64,000 nucleotides of DNA from the NCBI GenBank assembly GCA_964016885.1, contig OZ024740.1, forward strand, positions 186,930,001 through 186,994,000. The letters are read 5' to 3'. Numbering within the stretch: the stretch's first letter is position 1; every line of letters begins with the position of its first letter. The position numbers and the translations under genes are program-made. Source of the stretch: Eledone cirrhosa. Taxonomy: Eukaryota. The notes under the pieces are model-generated. The model made no database searches. It saw nothing but the letters and a program-made list of their open reading frames with translations, and had not been told where the DNA came from. Positions 52,404 through 64,000 of the stretch are shown here, one piece after another.

Positions 52404-53289
52404 GCCACTTCCGGTGATACTTCAGTAAAGTCGCCTCTGAAATAACCCTCATTATAATATATATATAAAATATATATAAGCATACACAAATGCAACTACA
52501 TGTGTGAATGGATACATCGTGTGCGCATGTGTGTATCCATTCACACATGCGCACACACACACACACACATATGTCTTATTAATCAATGCAGGAGAGGCTA
52601 GATATTCTGATAGCCTTTTTAATCTGAAATATTCATGTTTTTATTCATGTTGTGATTGGTACATGTCTGGAAATTTAGTGACCAAATTGGAGGATATATT
52701 TATATATGAATATATCATCATCATCATTTCATTTTACGTCCGCTTTTTCCCCGCTTGGACGGGAACTGATTCTGGCTTGATTTCTACAGCTGGATGCTCT
52801 TCCTAACTCCATTTACAGTGAGTGCTGGGTGCTTTTTTGCCGTGGCACCTCCACGACCACTTTGCAGTGGAATGGTATGGACTCCAGTCCCTATCATCTC
52901 ATTTCTACAACTGAGTAAACTGGAGCAATGTGAAATAAAGTGTCTTGCCCAAGGAAACAACACATCACCCGGTCTGAGAATTGAACTCACAAGCTTTCGA
53001 TTGCAAGCCCAATGCTCTAACGACTAAGCCATGTGAACTCCATATATATATATATATATGTATATATATATCATCATCATCATCATCATCAGCATCATTT
53101 TACGTCCGCTTTTCCCTGCTTGCAAGGGTGGGACGGGTCTTATTCATATATATATATGTAGATAAATCTAACAAAATATACGGTAGTGTCCAATCTGTAT
53201 GAAGGACTCAATGTAATCCAAATATCATGAAAAGAGAAGATGCATTCAAAAATTTTCGATGAAAATCATAGGAAAACAGAGTCAAGATA

Positions 53290-55150
<1,861 letters not shown>

Positions 55151-55478
55151 ACGTGTTAATTTTGGGAAAAGAGAGCTGTAAGAGGGAAATAAAATTATGA
55201 AGTTCTCTGTAGTAAAGTACTAATTATAGGTTAACTAAATTAAAAAAACTAATTATAATAATATGTAAAATATAAGTGTAAGGTGTATATTATTTAGGTT
55301 TTTCTAATTCTGTGATTGCAAGATATAATTAATTCCTGTCGCTTATTTAATAGGATATCCTTAGATTTAATATGTATATATATATATATATGTATATACA
55401 TATACATATATATATATATGTATATATATGTATATATATATATAAATACATATACATATATATATATGTATATATATG

Positions 55479-55511
<33 letters not shown>

Positions 55512-55556
55512 GTATATATATATGTATATTTATGTATATATATATGTATATATATG

Positions 55557-55587
<31 letters not shown>

Positions 55588-55600
55588 GTATATATGTATA

Positions 55601-55666
<66 letters not shown>

Positions 55667-55885
55667 TATATACAATTTGTCAGCATTTTCTTTTATTTTA
55701 CCAATATATCACAACTCGTGTGTTACACCTCTATTCTTTTAAATATATATATATATATATATATAGGGAAAAAACTCCAGCTCCTCAGTGAATTAACAAC
55801 CCAACAAGGAGCTGGGCATATCAGAGTATTGACTATATTATACACCTAAACAACATATGTACTTGTCTATACCATACTAATTCAA

Positions 55886-55940
55886 ACTGCCTGAAGAGGT
55901 CACAGCCAAAGATGGCTATCACTGAAATATATATAGCAGT
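55886..55940 (+). ncRNA. Type I minimal hammerhead ribozyme
   Basis: ACTGC-CTGAAGA-[GGTCACAGCCA AAGA TGGCTATCACT]-GAAA-TATATA-TA-GCAGT. Confidence 0.8.
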
Positions 55941-56081
55941 AATAAACGAAGCTAAATTTTAATCATTTGACTTTTATTTAACTTTATTTTACACTAATCC
56001 GGAGTAACGAAACCAACCTTCGCACTTCGTCGAGTGCTCCAGGCTGCATACTGAGGTGTTGGTATACAACCAACATAAACT

Positions 56082-56142
<61 letters not shown>

Positions 56143-56304
56143 TAGAAGGAAAAGAAAATGCTGACAAATTGTTTCCAGTGAAAAATAGTTTAATTAGGAA
56201 TAAGTAAAAATTAGTAATAAGTATTGGTTAGTATTCAGTTTTAGTTTTAAGTTTTTACCGGTTGCGCATTTCTAATGCTTTTCAAAAATAATTTACAATA
56301 ATTT

Positions 56305-57049
56305 ACAAGAACTAAAGGACACACTCATAGGCAGGGACTACCCTGCATCACTAATTAACAATGGAATCCAACGTGCCCTAAAACTCAGTACCCAGGACCT
56401 TAGACACCCTAAAGTAAATCGACCGAAACTAAAAGCTCTTCCATACATCTCCACACACAACGCCTCAATAATGAGGCCTTTGACACCATCCTCCAGAACA
56501 TCCCTGTGTTAAAAAAAGACCATAGAATGAACCAAATCCTTCGAACACACGATATTATAAAGAGCAAAAGACAATCTAAGTCAATGAAAAACATCATAAC
56601 ACATACTAAAGTACTGCCAACCACAACAACGAAACCCACAGTAAAATAAATGCGATAGACCCAACTGTGGCATATCCATCAAACTAATAGAGGGTTCGGA
56701 ATTCTATTTCAAAGAAGAACAACGTTTTATAGTAAAACACAATTTAACATGCGCATCAGAAAATCTAATATATGTATTAACTTGCTCACGATGTCGAGAA
56801 CAATACATAGGCCAGACCAAAAACAGCCTCCGCCAACGCATGACTGTCCATAGATCCCAAATTAAAATACGGGAATACAGGAAAATACCACTGAGTGAAC
56901 ACATTGATACCTGTGCCGCCCAAAATCATCCCAACTTTAGAATTTTTCCCCTCTACAAATTTAAAGATAATGCCACCCACACCCAGCGCATCAGCAAGGA
57001 ATCTCACTTTATTAACAAATACGGACCCCGTCTAAACACTTCTCCCTAA
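56305..57049 (+). pseudogene. Penelope-like RT thumb, linker and GIY-YIG endonuclease fragment (frameshifted)
   Basis: The frame from 56651 reads CDRPNC...TCASENLIYVLTCSRCREQYIGQTKNSLRQRMTVHRSQI...LSEH...KESHFINKYGPRLN*. Upstream frames read ELKDTLIGRDYPASLI and LPYISTHN. Confidence 0.9.
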
Positions 57050-57436
57050 GACGAACCCACAACATACACACGTCAACATACATACCTACATCAGCATACA
57101 TCCTACATACATCTCTATCCACATATAAACACAATGACATACGTAAACACACATGTTCTATGGTGCAACAGAAATATACACAAATTTGCATACCTTTTGA
57201 TGTCTATAGATATAAACGTCTCGACAAACCTACATTTGGCGCAAAATCAATTTTTAACATTCACGTGACCTCTACCGACCAATCAAAATTGTTTTGACCA
57301 CAAGAATTTTTGCAACACGAATTGGCGCGAAACTTATTTTAATACCTCTGGAGCCACTTTTTTCACATAAAACAGGTAGAATATCCAAAACTGATCAGAT
57401 TAGAGCAAACATCACGGGCGCTCTATCTCAAAATTA

Positions 57437-57472
57437 TTTTTGAAAAGCATTAGAAATGCGCAACCGGTAAAA
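57437..57472 (+). ncRNA. Hammerhead-like motif with U3-A8 core in the Penelope pLTR (mirror copy at 56252-56288, minus)
   Basis: TTT-TTGAAAA-GCATTAGAAATGC-GCAA-CCGG-TA-AAA. Confidence 0.5.
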
Positions 57473-57617
57473 ACTTAAAACTAAAACTGAATACTAACCA
57501 ATACTTATTACTAATTTTTACTTATTCCTAATTAAAATATTTTTCACTGGGAACAATTTGTCAGCATTTTTCTTTTCCTTTTACCAATATATCACAACTC
57601 GTGTGTTACACCTCTAT

Positions 57618-57701
<84 letters not shown>

Positions 57702-57742
57702 AAAAGAGATGGAGGGTCTGTGATTCCTCCATCTCAACTCTA

Positions 57743-57778
57743 CTTTTGAAAAGCAGAAGAACTGCAAAACCGGTAAAG
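57743..57778 (+). ncRNA. Hammerhead-like motif with U3-A8 core, different flanks
   Basis: CTT-TTGAAAA-GCAGAAGAACTGC-AAAA-CCGG-TA-AAG. Confidence 0.45.
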
Positions 57779-57903
57779 GAACCAAATAAATATATATATA
57801 TTTTTTTAAATAAGAATCCAGTTGCATTTTCGATTTCATCTTTTTTCCTTATACATTCACTCGTGTAGGACTCCTCGGTTATTTTTCATTTTGTAAAAAA
57901 AAC

Positions 57904-57975
<72 letters not shown>

Positions 57976-58111
57976 GAATTCCAACTTTGTCTGATATACT
58001 CGTTTTATTTACAATTCTTTAAAATTATAATGATATTATATTCTGTGGTGACAGTCAAGTTTGCAATTTTCAACTGTTGAAAATTGCAAACTTGACTGTC
58101 ACCACAGAATA

Positions 58112-58150
58112 TGAACATGAAGGTTGCGAAAGCATGAAAGTACTTGTTCA
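58112..58150 (+). ncRNA. Degenerate minimal hammerhead in a nested inverted-repeat element (57971-58259)
   Basis: TGAAC-ATGAAGG-TTGCGAAAGCAT-GAAA-GTAC-TT-GTTCA. Confidence 0.55.
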
Positions 58151-58319
58151 ATTAACACTTCACATTTAATATTCTACCATACTATTTCATTATAATATCA
58201 TTATAATTTTAAAGGATTGTAAATAAAATGAGTAAATCAGACAAAGTTGGAATTCCTTTTATTAATATAATCTTCTACACACAATCATACACACCCATGT
58301 ATTCATATATATATATATA

Positions 58320-58680
58320 TATTTTTTTTTTTCAAGGGTGGGTAAAATTTCCGAAATCCATAGACGAGTTCTCTCCAGCAGTCTCTGTCCCTCATTATCG
58401 CTGTCATGTCCTGCGTCTCCAACAGACCAGTGTCTGTCCTTTGGGCATCAACATACATTAACCTTGGTCTTCCTCTTCCAGTGTGTCCATGTAGGGTCTC
58501 TCACAGGAGCACTGAGTGCAATGTAAACTCTGGATGTCTGTGAGCATGTCCAGCTAACCTCAATCTCCTCTGTGTCACTTTTGAGCTGACTTTTGGGAGG
58601 CTCCCATACAGCTCTGAGATTTCATCCTCAGTGTATACTGATTAATGTTCAGAACCATCCTCAGCATTCTCGTGTTTGAG
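58320..58680 (-). mobile_element. RTE/RTEX-type LINE 3' end, second family
   Basis: Minus strand reads ELYGSLPKVSSKVTQRRLRLAGHAHRH...GHTGRGRPRL...DRDCW and ends in an A-tract at 58322-58332. Confidence 0.8.
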
Positions 58681-58784
58681 TTTCTTGATATATATATAGT
58701 TATGTAATAAACAACATAAGATAATTATTTCATTTACCAGTGGTTTCTTGAAGACGGATATTTATGTCTGTCTTCATTCATCAG

Positions 58785-58857
58785 AATTATTCTTTCTGAT
58801 GAATGAAGACAAACATAAATATCTGTCTTGAAGAAACCATTGGTAAATGAAATAATT
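58785..58857 (+). ncRNA. Type I hammerhead within a 90-bp-arm inverted repeat (mirror copy on the minus strand at 58725-58786)
   Basis: AATTATTCTTT-CTGATGA-[ATGAAGACA...TGTCTTGAA]-GAAA-CCATTGG-TA-AATGAAATAATT. Confidence 0.7.
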
Positions 58858-59244
58858 ATCTTATTTTGTTTATTACATAACTAAAAAGTTCTGTAGCCTA
58901 CATAGAGCACTCTCTTTTCCTTTACCTTTCCTACGGAAATTCTTCACATATATATGTGTGTGTGTGTGTGTGTGTGTTTGTATGAGAGAGTGTGTGTGTG
59001 TATATACACACAAATACAAATACATGCATGCAAATAAACATATGAACAGGAGATTACAGCAAATATCTTTGGGACGAAATTGGATATTAGTTATAATCCT
59101 GTGAGTCTATAAGTTAACCAGAATAGAGAGTGTTCTCTTGGTGAGATTTTATGGTATTTCTGGAGCTAATATATGCCTTAACATTTACTGAGTTCTTTCT
59201 TTATTAGCAGCCTTACATTTTTCAAACTAATCTGTATACACATA

Positions 59245-59283
<39 letters not shown>

Positions 59284-59806
59284 TAAAGTGAAATGACAGG
59301 AGGTCAAATATGTTGAATTTCCTTTATTTGTTTCTCACTATATATAAATATACTGTATATATACACACACATATATTAGCAAGTTTGTAAAAAACGGTTC
59401 TGTATGAGCAAGATGTATTCATCTGTTCAGACATGTTTCACAATGTCTATCATCATCATCATCATCACCATTTAATGTTTGTCTATTTTTCTATGCTAGC
59501 ATGGGTTAGACAAGTTGTCCCATTGTGAAACATGTCTGATCAGATGAATGCATGTTGCTCATACATAACCATATATTTATACTCACACATACACACACAA
59601 ATATTTATATGTCTGTATATAATATATAACATTAGATATCGAATAATGAGTGAACTGAAAGATGAGATCTAATCTCCAGTGGTATGTCAAAGATATAAAA
59701 TTTAATTATAACTTTAAAAAAAAAATGTCCGTATGAAACAGAGAGAGAGAGAGAGAAAGCAAGAAAGAGAAAAATGTTTGTCTGTTTGAGAGAGAGAGAG
59801 AGAGAT

Positions 59807-59848
<42 letters not shown>

Positions 59849-60539
59849 GAGAGAAGAGAGAGAGAGAGAGAACGAGACAGATATGAGAATGAATGAGTAT
59901 ATGTACAAGTTATAGTTCAAAAGAAAAAGATATATATATATTCAATTTATACTACAGGCAATAAATTAATGATGCTAATGTCAGAGAAAAAATAAATAAT
60001 AAATAAATGCTTTTATTTTTACCGTTTTTACTTTATTTATTATATTTTTTATTTTTTGTCTTTTTTTTGTTTTTCAACATTTCTGACCAAACCTTCAGTT
60101 GATCTCATTTTGTAGCAATTATCTCAGAGAAAGATGTAATTAAAGGAATTTTATAAAATATACAATTATTAGTATATTAAAGATATAATTAAGTAACTAA
60201 TTATGTTTTTTATTTTAACATTTTGGAAACATGAAACTAAAAAAATGAAAAATATAATATTAACATCATTGAACATTTTAGTTTCATAATTCTAATGCTA
60301 GTTTCAGTTAGATAGCTAGGATAAAAGCCAATGAGAAATCCTTATGCTTCCAGTCTCAATCTACTAAAAGTAACAGCCAAATCACGCAGAAATCTACTGT
60401 CTGTATTAAAGAAGGATATATTAGATAGTGTATTCTCTAGATACACTATATACCACAAACAAACACACACACACACACATATATACACAAATATATATAC
60501 ACACATGTATATATATAGTAATACATATCATCATTATCA

Positions 60540-62890
60540 TCATCATCATCATTTAACGTCTATATTCCACGCTAGCATGGGTTTAGGCGGGAATTGTCCC
60601 ACTTGAGGCAAAGATTGGTTGTCTCGCTCGTAAGGGACTGTCTGGCAGGTTTTCTACAGCTGGATGCCCTTCCTAACACCAACCACTTTATAGTGTGGAC
60701 TGGGAGGTTTTTACCGTGTTACCTACACGGCCACATTACAGCGTGGACTGTGTGTTTTTTTGTTGTGACACCTACACGACCTCATTTATTTAGAACTGGA
60801 TGTTGTGGTACCAACATAACTTTACATCAAAAGGGATGGTGTAGATGGGGGTGTATTTTGGTTAAGAGGTGCCTACTGATTGTAGGTTTCACTTTGTACT
60901 TAGGCAAGGCAGGTCTTCTGCATTACTGCGTAGTGCCAAAAATCTCGGTCCAGTGACATTGTCTTGGAGAGGTGTAAGTGTGTAAGGTCTGAATTTATCA
61001 AGTCGTCCCAGGTTTTTCTGGGTCTGCCTACTCCGTAGCTACCCTCTATTTTGATCACCCTGCACTTTTTTATACAGCTGTCGTCTTTCATGCACATCAC
61101 GTGGCCGTACCAACGTAGTCTTCTCTCGAGTAAACAGTATCTGATCCCTCTTATTCCTAATTTCTCACTTAGTTCATTTATGCTCTGCCGTTCACGTATA
61201 TTACTATTATACATCCATCGGAGCATGCAAGCTTCGTTCCTCTCCAGTCTGCATAGATCCTCTGCACACAATGCCCAGGTCTCACTGCCATGTAACATTG
61301 CTGTTCGTATGCAGGCATCACATAGCCTGCCTTTCATTTTTAGTGAGAAACCTTTAGCGGCCAATGGTGGTATAAGCTCAATGAACTTTTTCATCCCGTT
61401 CTGACTCTAGCTACTGTACTTTGAAAGCACCCTCCACCACTCCTGATTTTGTCACCCAGGTAATGGAAGGTGTACACTATTTCTATAGAACCATCTGGTC
61501 AATTGAAGGAGCTAGTATCCAATGGGCACTTGCTACTACTTATTGCACCTGCGCACTGGCCACATATAAAATCTATGTTAGCTTACCTGTGATCCCACTA
61601 CATCTTTTATGCACCCATACTTTGCATTTGGGACATAAAATGGAGTTTCTGCCTACTCCTTTCCTACACACTAAGCATGGTCATTTCCCAGAGGGGACCG
61701 GTGCCCTATTTTCCTTCCTACAAACTAGAAGATTAGTCTTAGACAAGTTAATTTTAAGGCCTTTTGATTCTAGGCGATGCTTCCATGTTTGGAATTTCTT
61801 CTCTAGTTCAGCCATTGATTAAGCTATGAGCATTAGATCATCTGCGTATAGAAGTTCCCATGGGCAGCCGGTCTGTTATAGCATGAAGGGCAATAATAAA
61901 TAGGAGGGGGCTAAGGACAGAGCCCTGATGAACACCAACTTTTACGCTAAACTCTTCACTATATTCGTTGTTAATTCTAACCTTGCTGACTGTTTCTTTA
62001 TACATGGCTTGTATAGCTCTCACAAGCCATTCATCAACACCTAGTTTTCTGAGAGCCCACCAGATAATGGGGTGTGGGACTCTGTCAAAGGCTTTTTCCA
62101 AGTTAACAAAAGCTAAGTATAGGGGTTTACTTTTAGCTAGGTACTTCTCCTTTAGTTGTCATACAAGGAAAAGACCGTCTGTGGTACTTTTACCTGACAC
62201 AAACCTGAACTGCATTTCATCTAGCTCAATTTGCTCTATGATTAGTTGCGCTATTACTTTTTCTCTGACCTTCATGATCTGGTCAATTAATTTAATGCCT
62301 CTATAGTTTCCCCTGTCTAGGGCATCTCCTTTACCCTTGTAGCAGTTAATGATGATGCTGCTATGCCAGTCCTTTGGTATGACCCCATTCTGTATGACTT
62401 GGTTTACTATCCGGGTGACCATAGTGTGCCCCACCCTTCCAGATGCTTTCAGCATTTCAGCAACTATTTCCGAAGGCCCAGCCACCTTGCCCATCTTCAT
62501 ATCTTTGATTGCCTTACTTATTATACTACCTTCAACTTGCACTGCTGGTCCCTCTATTGGATCGATGTGGGGGAGACTGTCTTTCTCCCATTTATTCTCC
62601 TCATTTAGTAGCCTTTCGTAGTGACACTTCCAAGCTACCTTCTTATCAGCATTGTTGATGGCAAGTACACCATCATCATTATGGACACACTTCTCTCCGA
62701 CAATATCACAGTATTCCTTGACACATTACCTAGCAATCCTGAACACCTCACGTTTTTGGTCCTCGCGTTGTAGAACATACTTGAACTTTCTTTCCTCTGC
62801 TTCCCTTCTTGCAAAGTACACTTGTTTCCCAGCTTCTCTCCTGGCCACTTGATAGTCTTCTCTACTTCCCCCATCCCGCCATACTTTCCG
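60540..62890 (-). mobile_element. RTE-clade LINE, 5'-truncated, with RT pseudogene (60900-62890) and (CAT)n tail
   Basis: ORF fragments YKGKGDALDRGNYRGIKL, EKAFDRVP, GVHQGSVLSPLLF, a YADD region at ~61840-61852, and AMLHGSETWAL...RRLRWYGHV...GRPRKTW. The 3' UTR ends in (ATG)n on the minus strand. Confidence 0.95.
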
Positions 62891-64000
62891 AGATATAATA
62901 TATATATATGCATGCATACATATATAATGTGTTTATCTGTAAATGGAAAAAAAACGTTTTGTATATAGAGCTGCATGTATATGTGTGAGTGTGTTTGTTA
63001 TACGTCCACTAAGTGTGTGTATATGTAAGTATACGAGTGTGTGTGGGAGTGTTTGCAAGAAGAAAGCTGACTGTCCATCTCCTCAATCTTTCTATTTCTT
63101 CTTTAAGTTCTCATTCTATTCTCTGAAGCAGGACTAGTGTCCAAAACGTTAAGACTATTTTCCTACTATATCAAGCGTAAAATTTGATGATATATATATA
63201 TATCATCATCATCATCATCATCATCATTGTTTAATGTCTATCTTCCACAGTACCATAGATTAGACAGGAATTGTCCCACTTGAGGCAAGATTGATCGGGT
63301 GACCACGTCTCACTCGTATAGGACTATTAAACGATGATAATGATGATGATGATATTTACATGTGTGTTCATGTCTGTGAGTGCACAGGTAAAACTCCAGA
63401 GTAACAAGACTTACTATCTCATCATACTAAATTAATATATATATATATATTATAACTGGTCAGGCTTTATTTATTTTTGGAAACATCTATTCACCAGAAG
63501 TAACCATTATTCCAGATGATTATGGATATAAACATGGCTGATATTTAATTTTTGTGGCTGGTACATGAAGCTTCTAACAAGGGAAGTATTTTACCTTTAT
63601 AGCATAGACTATGGATGTATCTTGCACATAGTTAATGTGGTCAAGGATCTGAAGATGAATAATTGATTCAGAATTGTATATTATGAAACTATGAAGAAAA
63701 CAATAAATTAACAAATTTATTTTATACATACTCAGAAATGTAATACATACTTATTTACAGGCTTTACATTTTAAGCCTTGCTATGAAAATAAATAGGTAT
63801 AAATGTAGCCTGGATGCTGTTGAGTTTTTAATGTTGACAACCCAATAGTTTTTAAGTTATAAGCCTCTCAATGAAAGGAATCAAATGTTTGTATTGTCCT
63901 GACTAATTCTATCTCTATGGAGATTATTAGCAATTGAATTGGCTCCAGTATATATATTTGATTTGTCAAAAAAGATATCCAACCTTAGTCTGGGAAATAA

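Larger units (their letters stand above)
56139..57622 (+). mobile_element. 5'-truncated Penelope-like retroelement with inverted pseudo-LTR
   Basis: 56139-56294 is the reverse complement of ~57431-57587. These arms flank a thumb/GIY-YIG coding fragment. The element sits between (TA)n tracts. Confidence 0.88.

Noticed and set aside
56001-56076. HDV-like ribozyme interpretation of the conserved module
   Set aside because: I could not assign P3/L3, P1.1 or the catalytic C consistently in both copies. It is kept only as an unassigned structure.

Overview
This is AT-rich, microsatellite-laden animal genomic DNA, mostly intronic or intergenic. The SINE and RTE repertoire and the (TA)n/(CAT)n abundance suggest a cephalopod (Octopus-like), which is an inference. 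Nearly all six-frame ORFs are microsatellite or antisense artefacts. Real coding remnants are a near-full-length, disrupted Helitron Rep/Helicase (20600-26564, minus), a Penelope-like GIY-YIG endonuclease fragment with an inverted pseudo-LTR (56139-57622), and several RTE-clade LINE fragments (largest 60540-62890). Non-autonomous Helitrons, piggyBac- and hAT-type MITEs and many tRNA-SINEs are also present. The most notable hidden signal is about 17 type-I minimal hammerhead-ribozyme-like motifs from several families. These include a three-copy family with a non-canonical CAGAAGA core, motifs with a covarying U3-A8 core, a triple tandem retrozyme-like array and fold-back elements. Helitron termini form a tail-to-tail pair and a palindromic CTAG|TC head-to-tail junction. 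A chain of phase-compatible minus-strand exon candidates could encode a small two-TM protein (low confidence). All structures were folded and aligned by eye.
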